Source: an uncultured Gammaproteobacteria bacterium (lineage in GTDB: Bacteria; Patescibacteriota; Microgenomatia; 2-02-FULL-39-11). From it: a DNA stretch of 64,000 nt. Made by a program: the position numbers and the translations under genes. The stretch spans positions 45,330 to 109,329 of the forward strand of contig CAZJBV010000001.1 in assembly GCA_964544585.1 (NCBI GenBank). Direction: 5' to 3'. Of the stretch, positions 55,248-64,000 are shown piece by piece. Each line of letters starts with the position of its first letter. Position 1 is the first letter of the stretch. The notes beneath the pieces were generated by a model. That model searched no databases. It saw nothing but the letters and a program-made list of their open reading frames with translations, and had not been told where the DNA came from.

Positions 55248-56152
55248 GTTGTGACCTTTTTGGAACTTGTGACAATATCGTATCTTGAGTGGTGTTTGGG
55301 TTCTATTTTGTACATAAGCCTAATCCAGGCGTTTAGGAGTAGGTAGGCGACAGTTGAGATGGGGCGGGTAATGAAAAACTTCATGAGTGTAAGAATGATG
55401 ATAGTTTTCGGGATGTAGTATTCTTGGCGTAAAAATTCCTTCGGGAAGAATTCCTCGAGTTTTTTCTTGCCATAGATATAGCGATTGCTTTGTTTTATAT
55501 GCCCTTTTATATTTTTGGGACAACGGAATTTGACATATGCTTTTTTGGCAAACGCGAATTCGAAGCCCCTTTTGATGCAGGCTAGATATGAATATGCATC
55601 TTCGGGACAATTATCCGGCCAGCGTAACTGGGTATAAAATTCTTGGGAAAATGCTCTGGCTTTACCATTGCAAAGATAAATATTGTTGCCTTTGTTTATT
55701 CTTTTAAACATGTATTGTTTTAAATGGTGACTGTTTCCTAAGAATCGTTCTAGGTGAGTCATGGGGGGTACAGTGAACGCATTTCCACCAACGAGTCCAA
55801 CTTTTTTATCCAGAAGGATTGGTTTTACAATTTCTTCAATAAAGGTTGGGCTTGCCGGAAGTACATCTGCATTGATAATGACTAAAATGTCTTCGCCTGC
55901 ATTTTTAAGTATTTCATTTTGAGCTAAGTTAACTCCTACTCTTGTTTTAAGTTCTATTAACTTAACCTTCGGGTCGGCTATTTCTTTTACTTTTTTTACG
56001 GTTTTATCCGTACTGCCGTCAGAAACGATAATAATTTTTTTTAATTTATAAGTATTAGCTTTTTGTGATAACAGAGATCGAATAAGCTCTTTGATATTAG
56101 CTTCTTCGTTGTATGCTGGAATTCCCACTGAAACTGAAATTTTTCTTTTCAT
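55244..56152 (-). CDS. GT2-family glycosyltransferase
   Basis: VSVGIPAYNEEANI...IIVSDGSTDKT (GT-A DxD region). Confidence 0.75.
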   Translation of the reverse strand: MKRKISVSVGIPAYNEEANIKELIRSLLSQKANTYKLKKIIIVSDGSTDKTVKKVKEIADPKVKLIELKTRVGVNLAQNEILKNAGEDILVIINADVLPASPTFIEEIVKPILLDKKVGLVGGNAFTVPPMTHLERFLGNSHHLKQYMFKRINKGNNIYLCNGKARAFSQEFYTQLRWPDNCPEDAYSYLACIKRGFEFAFAKKAYVKFRCPKNIKGHIKQSNRYIYGKKKLEEFFPKEFLRQEYYIPKTIIILTLMKFFITRPISTVAYLLLNAWIRLMYKIEPKHHSRYDIVTSSKKVTT

Positions 56153-57054
56153 AAGTTTAGTTTTCTTTTTGTAGAATAGGCAATAGCCCAGTGGTCGGTA
56201 AATTTGGCATTATTTAGTTTGGTCTTAAGCCAGAGAGCGATTAAAAAATAAAGAATAAAATAAAGTGGGAAATAGATAAGAAATTGGAAAGTCATTAATA
56301 GCTTTAGAAGAACTGGTCGATTGTAAAATTGGTCAATACTTTCCTTTGGGAAGTATTGTCTTAAGCTGTGTATACTCGATTTTATTTTTTGTCTTTGTTT
56401 TAATAAGTCTTCCAGACTTTCGGGAGGCTGATAAAAGCAAAGAGCATCTTTAGTAAAATAAGTTTTTATATTCATTTCTTGACACCACAGATATGCAAAT
56501 ACGTCTTCAGGTACATTTAGAGGCCAGATTAGATTTTTATAGACTTTTTTTGAAAAAGCCCTTCCACCCCTACCCGTACAGGACCAGTCCGTATTCCCTC
56601 TATACTTCAAGCTTATCTGATGGTAGATATATTGTTGCGTCCCAAGAATTTTGCTTAATAAATTCTTTGAAAGCGAGGGTGAAGAGTTTCCCTGGACATA
56701 GTCGACTTGAGAATCTTTGATCATAGGCTCTAAAAGAGTTTCCAGATACCTGTTGTTTGCGGGAAGTGTATCTCCCTCAAGAAGAATAACTATGTCTGAT
56801 TCTGTCTGATGAAAAATAAGATTTTGACAATAGATTTGACCAAATCTTTCCAAATTTTTTATAAGTTTTATTTTCTTATTTCTAATTGACTTAACTTCTT
56901 CTATTGTTTTGTCATTACTACCGTCAGAAATTACAATAATTTCTTTAAGATTGAAATTGTTTTGTTTTTGACCGAGAAGTACTAAAAGCAATCTTTTAAT
57001 ATTAGCTTCTTCGTTGTATGCAGGGACACCAATGGTAATAGATGGCTTCCTCAT
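56149..57054 (-). CDS. GT2-family glycosyltransferase (tandem paralog)
   Basis: ITIGVPAYNEEANI...IIVISDGSNDKT; same architecture as neighbour. Confidence 0.75.
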   Translation of the reverse strand: MRKPSITIGVPAYNEEANIKRLLLVLLGQKQNNFNLKEIIVISDGSNDKTIEEVKSIRNKKIKLIKNLERFGQIYCQNLIFHQTESDIVILLEGDTLPANNRYLETLLEPMIKDSQVDYVQGNSSPSLSKNLLSKILGTQQYIYHQISLKYRGNTDWSCTGRGGRAFSKKVYKNLIWPLNVPEDVFAYLWCQEMNIKTYFTKDALCFYQPPESLEDLLKQRQKIKSSIHSLRQYFPKESIDQFYNRPVLLKLLMTFQFLIYFPLYFILYFLIALWLKTKLNNAKFTDHWAIAYSTKRKLNL

Positions 57055-58235
57055 ATTAGTTGTTGATAAATTTTATTTACTTTCATGGCGATATCATTCC
57101 ATGAATTTTTTAAGGATTTTTTTTTATTAACTTCACTCATCTTTTGCATTTTTTTTGAATTTATATTTTCTAAAACGTATTTTAAATTCTCAGCAAATTC
57201 TCTATAATTATTTGTTTCAACACAGTAGCCATTAATTCCATTTTTTACAAGAAATGGTAGATTGGTATTATTGGCAACAATGCAGATTTTTCCCTGGCTT
57301 AATCCTTCGTTTACTGCATGGCAGAAACTTTCATTTTTAGATGTGTGAATTAAAGCTTGGGCTTTTTTGATAAGATAATATTTGTCAATCTTAGTTATTA
57401 CTCCTAAAAATATAACTCTACTTTGAAGATTTAAGTCTGTTACCACTTGGTTTATCTTTTTTGCGTATTCCTTATCCATGATAGGTCCTATAATTACCAA
57501 TTTTATATTGTCTGAAAGAAGACTTAAGGCATGGATTGAAGTTTCGTAATTTTTAATCGGATGAATTCTGCCGATTTGGATAATATATCGATCAAGCCTT
57601 TTTATTTGATTTTTAATGTTGATACTGGCTAAACTATCTATATTTTCATACGCCTCTTCTTCAATACCATTTCCGATGGTTATTAATTTGGGTTTAACTA
57701 TACCTCTTTTAGATAATTCTATTTTTTCCCATTCAGATATAGGGATAAGATAATCGACAATATGATTAATAAGCAATGCGCCAAGAGTAAAATGGTATAT
57801 TTTCTTTAATAAACCGAAAAAAAATGGAAAAGTTGACCATTCAGGAGTAAAACCGCCTTGAGGGCTTAATACTAAAGTGAATTTCTTTTTACCCAAGAGT
57901 TTAAGGACATGGCTAAAACTTAATATATAAAAATGGGGGAAAACGTCAAAGTTGAATAAATGCACTATTTTTGTGTTTTGGTAGTCGATTTTGGGGAAGT
58001 AACCAAAGAACCTAAGAGGATAGCGATTAATGTTTACTCCGTCTACAACTTCAAAATCTTTTAGTACGCCTTTACTCGATAATGTATTTTTTGATGCATG
58101 CATGTTGATATTCCATCCCTTTTTATAAAGAGCTGGATAGACATTAATGAGAAATGTTTCTATACCTGCTGTCACCGGGTAATAATATCTATTGATGACA
58201 TCGATACTTAGTTTTGTATTAGTTTTTTGATTCAT
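57051..58235 (-). CDS. GT4-family glycosyltransferase
   Basis: GT-B C-terminal motif EGLSQGKICIVANNTNLPFLVKNGINGY. Confidence 0.7.
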   Translation of the reverse strand: MNQKTNTKLSIDVINRYYYPVTAGIETFLINVYPALYKKGWNINMHASKNTLSSKGVLKDFEVVDGVNINRYPLRFFGYFPKIDYQNTKIVHLFNFDVFPHFYILSFSHVLKLLGKKKFTLVLSPQGGFTPEWSTFPFFFGLLKKIYHFTLGALLINHIVDYLIPISEWEKIELSKRGIVKPKLITIGNGIEEEAYENIDSLASINIKNQIKRLDRYIIQIGRIHPIKNYETSIHALSLLSDNIKLVIIGPIMDKEYAKKINQVVTDLNLQSRVIFLGVITKIDKYYLIKKAQALIHTSKNESFCHAVNEGLSQGKICIVANNTNLPFLVKNGINGYCVETNNYREFAENLKYVLENINSKKMQKMSEVNKKKSLKNSWNDIAMKVNKIYQQLI

Positions 58236-59151
58236 ATATTTTTTTGGTTGATAAGTCTATTTCCCAATTGGCGTTGAGGACGCGGCTTGGGTTTAGTTTT
58301 GCAAATCTACTGATCGTAAAAATGAAAAAGTAGGCAATTGTTTTTAATGGGTGAGAAAATAATTCTTCCAACAATGCTTGAAAAATTGTCAATCTGGGAA
58401 TTTTGTATTCTTTATCTAAATTGCCGAAATAGGAAGACATTTCTTTTTTGGAATACTGGAAGCGGCTACTTTTACGCATGAATTCTTTTATCGACTGTGG
58501 ATTTTTGAAGTAAACTGAGACAGTAGGAATATATTCGTACTTTCCGCCATTTTTTTTGTTGGCAAAATAGAAATAGGCATCGGTTGTAGCTACATCATCT
58601 GGAATTTCGGCCCATGATTTGAGAAATTCTGTACGGATTGCCTCGCATCTACCTATCACAGAAAGATAGTTGTCTCCCTTTTTCCAGAGATAGGCAATTC
58701 TATTGGCTATTCTTGTTCCGACGGTTAAGATATCTTCGATCGGATGGGTGGGAGCGATTGCTTTGTTGTGGATACTAATAAATGTTGTTTGGGGATGAAG
58801 TTTGAAGCGCTCCATAATACGGGCGATGGCATAACTATCAAAGAGAACGTCGTCGTTTGTGAGTAATAAAATGTCAGTATTACATTTAGCGATAATTTGC
58901 TTTTTTTTTGGCATTTGACCGCTTTCGTATTTATTTTCAATAAGCTCGACGTTAAGTTTTTTCAATTCCTTTTTTACCTTGGGTTTGATTGGATTTCTGT
59001 CGGCGACGATAATAAAGCGAAATTTCCCTATTCCTTTGGAGTTTCTAATCGAATGAACCGTATCAAGTATTGATTCATCTCCATAGCAGGTGGTGAAGCC
59101 AACTGTAAGTGTAAGTTTTTGATTTTTCATAGAGATTGTTGTTCCTTCCAT
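58219..59151 (-). CDS. GT2-like glycosyltransferase (putative)
   Basis: N-terminal GT-A-like LTVGFTTCYGDE...IIVADRNP; weak. Confidence 0.45.
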   Translation of the reverse strand: MEGTTISMKNQKLTLTVGFTTCYGDESILDTVHSIRNSKGIGKFRFIIVADRNPIKPKVKKELKKLNVELIENKYESGQMPKKKQIIAKCNTDILLLTNDDVLFDSYAIARIMERFKLHPQTTFISIHNKAIAPTHPIEDILTVGTRIANRIAYLWKKGDNYLSVIGRCEAIRTEFLKSWAEIPDDVATTDAYFYFANKKNGGKYEYIPTVSVYFKNPQSIKEFMRKSSRFQYSKKEMSSYFGNLDKEYKIPRLTIFQALLEELFSHPLKTIAYFFIFTISRFAKLNPSRVLNANWEIDLSTKKIYESKN

Positions 59152-60350
59152 AATTTGTCGGAGATTCTGTTTTGGGGCAAGGAAACATGGCTAAATTTTA
59201 TGGCTGTATCTTTGGGGATATCTTTTCTTAAGATGCAATTTTCGGAAAGTCCCATTGGTAATAAGTTTTCTTTTGTTGCGACTTCTGAATTTTCGATTGT
59301 GCCGTAGCAGGTGAACCCGCCGATACCATCCAGTCTTTCTCCTTTTTTGAGATCTTTTTTGGCAATGGTAATAACGTCACAAAATTTTCCAGTGGGTGCA
59401 AGGGCGGCATCTTTGAAAAGATACGCACGGGCAACAGTGAGAGGCGCCTCAAGAGGGCTAAGATGGTAAGGAGTGTAAAATGTATACACTGGCCCATCCC
59501 CCATTTTGTAGACTTTCATGTATTTTTGACGAATAGGATTTTCGGAATATCCCAAGACAAAAACGCCAAATGATGGCTCGGCGCCGAGAATATAGTCTAC
59601 CCAGCCACGCTTTAAGAGTTTTTCGATAGGAAATAGTTTTGCGGCTTCTTCGACTCGAGCGCAGGATGGACCTGTCATACCGCGTCTGTCTACCTTAAAT
59701 CCGGTAGCATTGGCGGCAGTCGCCATTTCAAAGGAAATTTTGGTGCCATCGGCAAAAGAAGTGATGTGTTTTGGTCTTTGAAAATGAGCTCTGGCAAAAT
59801 TGGCCTGGGTCTCGGGTGTGCGATAGTGATCGATGAGGCTTTTTATATTGCCGAGTAAGATTGGCTTGAATCCCAGGGACTTGACTTCCCTATAAAGATT
59901 CATTAACTTTGCCGGTTGGTCGCCGTCGGCTTGAGAGTAAATAACGCCTTTTTTATCTGCATAGGATTTGAGAATTGGGCCTAAAGTACCATCGAGCTCG
60001 GCATTGATGAGGATAATGTGTTTTCCATTTTTGATGGCGGAGAGAGCAACTTTGGCACCAAATTCTACTTCGCCTGTAGCCTCTATAATAACATCAATAT
60101 CGCCAGATGAACACAAAAATTCTGCATTATCTGTAATTGAATACTTCTTTTGATCAAATCCGTTCTCTTGGAGCAGTTCTTTAGCATGTTCGACTGTTCT
60201 ATTAGCTACTGCAACCAGTTTAATTCCTTTTTGAAGGGTCAAAAGCTGTAAGGCAAATCCGCGGGCGGCAAAGCCTGCGCCCACCAGACCGACTCTGATC
60301 GGTTTTCCTTCAATTTCAAGTTTTTCTAATAATTTATCGATAATAATCAT
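59127..60350 (-). CDS. NAD-binding oxidoreductase with C-terminal SAF domain (COG4091 homoserine-dehydrogenase-like family)
   Basis: Rossmann N-terminus IRVGLVGAGFAARG; dehydrogenase-like middle; SAF-like C-terminus. Confidence 0.5.
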   Translation of the reverse strand: MIIIDKLLEKLEIEGKPIRVGLVGAGFAARGFALQLLTLQKGIKLVAVANRTVEHAKELLQENGFDQKKYSITDNAEFLCSSGDIDVIIEATGEVEFGAKVALSAIKNGKHIILINAELDGTLGPILKSYADKKGVIYSQADGDQPAKLMNLYREVKSLGFKPILLGNIKSLIDHYRTPETQANFARAHFQRPKHITSFADGTKISFEMATAANATGFKVDRRGMTGPSCARVEEAAKLFPIEKLLKRGWVDYILGAEPSFGVFVLGYSENPIRQKYMKVYKMGDGPVYTFYTPYHLSPLEAPLTVARAYLFKDAALAPTGKFCDVITIAKKDLKKGERLDGIGGFTCYGTIENSEVATKENLLPMGLSENCILRKDIPKDTAIKFSHVSLPQNRISDKLWKEQQSL

Positions 60351-60360
60351 TTAAAATTAT

Positions 60361-60420
60361 CCACCATCCGAGGAGTCATGGCTTGCGCTGCCGCTTCAGC
60401 CTGCCACCTCGGAGGTGCTC
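60361..60420. repeat. ~58-bp conserved 5'-UTR stem-loop element (copy A)
   Basis: CCACCATCCGAGGAGTCATGGCTT...TCAGCCTGCCACCTCGGAGGTG; second copy at 61983..62040. Confidence 0.8.
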
Positions 60421-60951
60421 TTTTAATTGGAAATTCTCCCAACTTTTATCTTTTTGAGAAACTGTGGTCACGGGATTAGGCCAGTCTATATTGAATAAGG
60501 GATCGTCATAGCGGATACCATGCTCATATTCCTGTGAATAAAGAGCACTTGTAAGGTTTAATACTTCGGTATCGTCCTCGAGAGATAAAATAGCGTGGGC
60601 AAAGAGGGGTGGGATATAGAGCATTTTGTATTCATTGGCGTGGACAGAAAATCCGGCCCATTTTTTGTAAGTTTTAGATTTTGGGCGGAGATCGATGATA
60701 GCCTCAAAGATCGAACCTCGGGTACAGCGAATAAGTTTGGCTTCCTCTTTCGGACTTATTTGATAGTGGAATCCACGCAGTGTTCCTTTTTTTTCCGTTT
60801 TGGTCATGTAGCTTTGTTTGATGGTGAAATCTATGCCATGATGGTAAAATTCCTTCGTATCAAATGTGCGAGCGAGGAAACCACGATTATCTTCATGTCT
60901 TTGCAGATCAATAAAATAAACACCGTCAAATTTGGTGGGGATAAATTTCAT
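60376..60951 (-). CDS. RmlC-like cupin sugar-nucleotide 3,5-epimerase
   Basis: MKFIPTKFDGVYFIDLQRHEDNRGFLARTFD typical of dTDP/CDP-4-dehydro-6-deoxyhexose 3,5-epimerases. Confidence 0.7.
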   Translation of the reverse strand: MKFIPTKFDGVYFIDLQRHEDNRGFLARTFDTKEFYHHGIDFTIKQSYMTKTEKKGTLRGFHYQISPKEEAKLIRCTRGSIFEAIIDLRPKSKTYKKWAGFSVHANEYKMLYIPPLFAHAILSLEDDTEVLNLTSALYSQEYEHGIRYDDPLFNIDWPNPVTTVSQKDKSWENFQLKEHLRGGRLKRQRKP

Positions 60952-62000
60952 ATATTTTTCCAGTAATATTTTTCATCGATTGAATTTTGGGAAAGAAGAT
61001 ATTTAATTTGTTTGATTCTGATGAATTCCTTGGACTCAAACATTTGCCGAGTAAGATTAATTTGACCAAAGAGTTTTACAAGCTCTTCTATGCCATCTTG
61101 GAGGGAAATTCTGGCTTTGAATCCGGGAAGAGCGGCCTCTATTTTTTGGAAACCGACACGATAGTTTCTTTTATCTTTGCCTTCGGGGTTTAAGCTCACT
61201 TTACAATCTGGAAGTACCCTTTTGATGGCAACTGCTATATCTTTGATTTGGTAATTGCTTTTTGAGGAGCCGACATTGAAAATCTGTCTATGAGTCTTTT
61301 GTCTTGGGCTATTGACTACCGCTATAACTGCTCTTCCAATATCTTCTGTATGAATAAATGGTCGCCAGGAGCTGCCGTCGGATTCCATTTTGATAGTTCC
61401 GGTAGTAAAAGCTATGCCGACGAGATTGTTTACTACCAGATCAAACCTCATTTTGGGAGATGGGCCAAAGGCTGTCGCCAGTCTTAGTATTACGGGAGAG
61501 AATGTTTTTGATGCTTGTTTTAAAAGATACTTTTCATTTAAGACTTTGCATTTGGCATAGGTGGTAAGAGGATTGGCAGGCGATGCCTCATCGACAATAT
61601 TGTCCGATGAACCGTAGACGCTACATGAGGAAAAATAAATAAACCTGGCTACGCCTATCTCTTTGGCCATTTTTATCAGATGAACTGTGCCTCTGTGATT
61701 TATATCCATGGTAGTTTTTGGGTCTGTTTCGCCTAGAGGATCGTTTGATAGCTCTCCCAAGTGGATAACCGCATCATAGCCAATGAGATCTTTCTTTGAT
61801 ATTTTTCTGGTATCTTTATCGATGACGATAGGTGGCTTTTTTACTCCATTGTAGAGCCAGCCGTCTCGATAGAAGCCGGTGTCAAGACCCACGATTTCAT
61901 ATCCCTGCCTCAAGAGAGCCTGGGTAAGAGGAACTCCTAGATATCCTTCTGAACCTGTGACTAATATTTTCATGTGATTCCTCCACCTCGGAGGAGTCAT
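60948..62000 (-). CDS. NAD-dependent epimerase/dehydratase (extended SDR; CDP-/UDP-sugar dehydratase or epimerase)
   Basis: ILVTGSEGYLG glycine-rich NAD motif; YxxxK region; 350 aa. Confidence 0.7.
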   Translation of the reverse strand: MTPPRWRNHMKILVTGSEGYLGVPLTQALLRQGYEIVGLDTGFYRDGWLYNGVKKPPIVIDKDTRKISKKDLIGYDAVIHLGELSNDPLGETDPKTTMDINHRGTVHLIKMAKEIGVARFIYFSSCSVYGSSDNIVDEASPANPLTTYAKCKVLNEKYLLKQASKTFSPVILRLATAFGPSPKMRFDLVVNNLVGIAFTTGTIKMESDGSSWRPFIHTEDIGRAVIAVVNSPRQKTHRQIFNVGSSKSNYQIKDIAVAIKRVLPDCKVSLNPEGKDKRNYRVGFQKIEAALPGFKARISLQDGIEELVKLFGQINLTRQMFESKEFIRIKQIKYLLSQNSIDEKYYWKNI

Positions 62001-62040
62001 GGCTTCTCTTCGTTCAGCCTGCCACCATCCGAGGTGTCTT
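61983..62040. repeat. ~58-bp conserved 5'-UTR stem-loop element (copy B, stem arms swapped)
   Basis: CCACCTCGGAGGAGTCATGGCTT...TCAGCCTGCCACCATCCGAGGTG. Confidence 0.8.
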
Positions 62041-62084
62041 TGAGCTAGTACTGTTTTAGCATTGTTATCTATTTATTAATTTTT

Positions 62085-62861
62085 TTATTTCCATAATTTC
62101 CAGGGAGCCTGACCTTCATCCCATAATTTTTCCAGAACATTTTTATCACGAAGAGTATCCATGGGATGCCAGAAACCAGTGTGTCTGTATGCGGCCAGAT
62201 TTCCTTCGTGAGCAAGCTCTCTCAGGGGTCGGCCTTCCCAGATTTCACTATCGCCGTCGATATAATCCAAAACTTGTGGTTCCAGAACAAAAAATCCGCC
62301 ATTGACCCAGGTGCCGTCGCCGGGGACTTTTTCTTTGAATGTATGGACTTTGTTTTCACCTTTTTTGATATTGATGGCCCCAAATCTTCCGGGAGGTTCA
62401 ACTGCGGTGACTGTAGCAAGAACATTTTGCGTTTTATGAAAGTCAATGAGGCTTTTTATATTTATATTAGATACTCCGTCGCCGTAAGTCAGACAAAATG
62501 TTTCGTTGCCAATATAATCTTTGACTCTTTTTAGCCTTCCACCGGTCATCGTCCCCTCTCCGGTATCGACCAGGGTAACTTTCCAATTTTCGGCGCCATT
62601 TTTGTGGACTTTTATATCATGGGTTTTTAAGTCAAAAGTGATATCGGCGTTTTTAAGGTGATAGTTGGCAAAATAATCTTTGATAATTTCGCCTTTATAG
62701 CCACAGCAGATGATAAATTCATTTATGCCGTGGTGGGAAAAAATCTTCATGATATGCCAGAGGATGGGCTTTCCGCCAATTTCGACCATGGGTTTGGGGC
62801 GGACGCCGCTTTCCTCGCTAATTCTTGTTCCGTAGCCTCCTGCTAATATGACTGCTTTCAT
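62085..62861 (-). CDS. rfbF: Glucose-1-phosphate cytidylyltransferase
   Basis: [38 protein letters not shown]; 258 aa, RfbF length and motifs. Confidence 0.8.
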   Translation of the reverse strand: MKAVILAGGYGTRISEESGVRPKPMVEIGGKPILWHIMKIFSHHGINEFIICCGYKGEIIKDYFANYHLKNADITFDLKTHDIKVHKNGAENWKVTLVDTGEGTMTGGRLKRVKDYIGNETFCLTYGDGVSNINIKSLIDFHKTQNVLATVTAVEPPGRFGAINIKKGENKVHTFKEKVPGDGTWVNGGFFVLEPQVLDYIDGDSEIWEGRPLRELAHEGNLAAYRHTGFWHPMDTLRDKNVLEKLWDEGQAPWKLWK

Positions 62862-62903
62862 AAAGAATTTAGTATTATAATATATTCTATAGGTTATTTC
62901 AAT

Positions 62904-63953
62904 TTATTCGGCGATGGCGACTTTACCTGTATATATGCGTTGATAATCCTCTTTATAATTACTTCGCACAATATTTAATATTTTCTCCGCTCCCCTTTCC
63001 CAGTTGAATGTCTTTGCCCAATCATAGGCTCTTTTGGACATGTGGCGGCGGGTTTTTTCGTCGGTAAAAAGCTCTTCGATGGCTTTGGAAAATGCATTTG
63101 TGCTTTCTTGTGGAACTAGAATCCCCGTCTTTCTGTTTACAATAGAATCCCTTAGGCCTGGAACATTGGCGGCAACTACAGGGGTTCCGGAAATATTGGC
63201 TTCAATGACGGTAATTCCCCAGCCTTCGATCAGTGATGGCTGCACTAGAACCCAGGATTGTGCGAGGAGATTTGCTTTTTCTTTTTGGGAAACTTTTCCT
63301 TTGAAGGAAATGTTTTTGTGTAGACCGAGTCTGACGACGAGATTTGCTAGCTTTATTTGACTTTCCCCTTCTCCGGCGATAGTAAAGTATGCATCTTTAT
63401 ACGTTTTTAAAACTTCTGCAAATGCGTTTATTGCCAGATCAATATTTTTGTAGGGCTTTAGCCTGCCTAAATATAAAAGGGATGGGTGGGATGTTTTTTT
63501 CAGTCTGGTAAAGAGAGTAGGGTCTATGCCAGGGGAAACAACATAAATTTCCTCTTCTTTGGTAATACCCAGCTTTTGGATATCTTTTTTGGATGACTCG
63601 GAGACGGTGATAATCTTGGCATTTTTGTAACATATAGGCATAAGGCGCGATTCGATAAACATGGCAATTTTATTTAGGGGAAAATGGAGATGATTTCTAA
63701 AAACATCCTGGTGGATGTGGTGGATGAGAAGAAATCTGGGTAAGCCAACATATAAGGGCGTGAAAAAAGGGATGCCGTTTTCACTATCGATAACTACATC
63801 GTATTGCCCACGGAATTTGAAAAGATAATAAAGCATCGCCCAAATGTAAACTGTATAAAAGCCTCCGCGCCTGACGATTTTTAGGCCGTCTATGGTTTCA
63901 AATCTTTTGTGCTTTTCGTCGTTGCCACAGAAGAGAGTCACCGTATGCCCCAA
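62904..63953 (-). CDS. GT4-family glycosyltransferase
   Basis: EGWGITVIEANISGTPVVAANVPGLRDSI GT-B motif. Confidence 0.7.
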   Translation of the reverse strand: MGHTVTLFCGNDEKHKRFETIDGLKIVRRGGFYTVYIWAMLYYLFKFRGQYDVVIDSENGIPFFTPLYVGLPRFLLIHHIHQDVFRNHLHFPLNKIAMFIESRLMPICYKNAKIITVSESSKKDIQKLGITKEEEIYVVSPGIDPTLFTRLKKTSHPSLLYLGRLKPYKNIDLAINAFAEVLKTYKDAYFTIAGEGESQIKLANLVVRLGLHKNISFKGKVSQKEKANLLAQSWVLVQPSLIEGWGITVIEANISGTPVVAANVPGLRDSIVNRKTGILVPQESTNAFSKAIEELFTDEKTRRHMSKRAYDWAKTFNWERGAEKILNIVRSNYKEDYQRIYTGKVAIAE

Positions 63954-64000
63954 TGAAACCCAACGTTTGGCAAGTTCATGGATATAGACTTCGGCACCTC

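Noticed and set aside
1-64000. CRISPR arrays, rRNA genes, additional tRNAs
   Set aside because: No regularly spaced short direct repeats were found. No rRNA-like conserved stretches were found. Other GC-rich intergenic patches were hairpins, IRs or terminators rather than cloverleafs.

Overview
This is a low-GC (~35%), densely packed bacterial window with almost all genes on the minus strand. It carries SecA, bacterial signal peptidase I, SerS, GreA and a class I LysRS. The gene content would fit an uncultivated, possibly CPR/Patescibacteria-like, low-GC lineage, but I cannot confirm this from sequence alone.

Gene content from left to right:
- Envelope and serine genes (0.2-8 kb): a PAP2 phosphatase, a histidine phosphatase, a GT4 glycosyltransferase, a LepB with a long C-terminal extension, then serC and a serB-serA fusion, and a LeuB/TtuC-family dehydrogenase.
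- Defence islet (8.2-13.6 kb): a VapBC-like toxin-antitoxin pair, two DUF4143 AAA ATPases and an AbiEi/AbiEii pair, partitioned by four copies of a GGATAGTGGCA-containing repeat. Two of the copies form 24-bp perfect direct repeats.
- Housekeeping genes (13.5-24.7 kb): secA, serS, an HD hydrolase, a 23S-IVS four-helix-bundle protein and a class I LysRS fused to a B3/4 domain.
- Lysine operon (24.7-33.4 kb): one overlapping operon for LysW-mediated alpha-aminoadipate lysine biosynthesis (lysW-X-Y, homocitrate synthase, homoaconitase large and small subunits, homoisocitrate dehydrogenase, lysZ-J), continuing into a class II glutamine amidotransferase-like gene and lysS. Its leader looks like a leaderless Lys-codon peptide attenuator.
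- tRNA-linked element (34.3-45.6 kb), the most unusual region. A tRNA-Glu(CUC) is abutted by an ~11.3-kb element. The element holds a large serine recombinase bracketed by ~100-bp GC-rich inverted repeats. Next to it is a 9-kb cargo module bracketed by ~190-bp near-perfect inverted repeats. The cargo includes a tightly coupled two-gene putative nuclease system (an Mrr-like 209-aa protein plus a 1202-aa PD-(D/E)xK-like/helical-repeat protein). It also carries an SNase, a GNAT, an esterase-metalloprotease fusion, a winged-helix Pro/Ser-rich protein next to a dense TTGGCCAA repeat cluster, and a ~400-nt GC-rich probably structured non-coding region.
- Cell-envelope locus (45.6-64 kb): an LTA-synthase-like protein, an LCP protein, a response regulator and histidine kinase, a sortase with a LAATG-anchored substrate, GT-C, GT2 and GT4 glycosyltransferases, and CDP-sugar genes (rfbF, an SDR, an RmlC-like epimerase) carrying a duplicated covarying 5'-UTR stem-loop.

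No rRNA genes or CRISPR arrays were seen.
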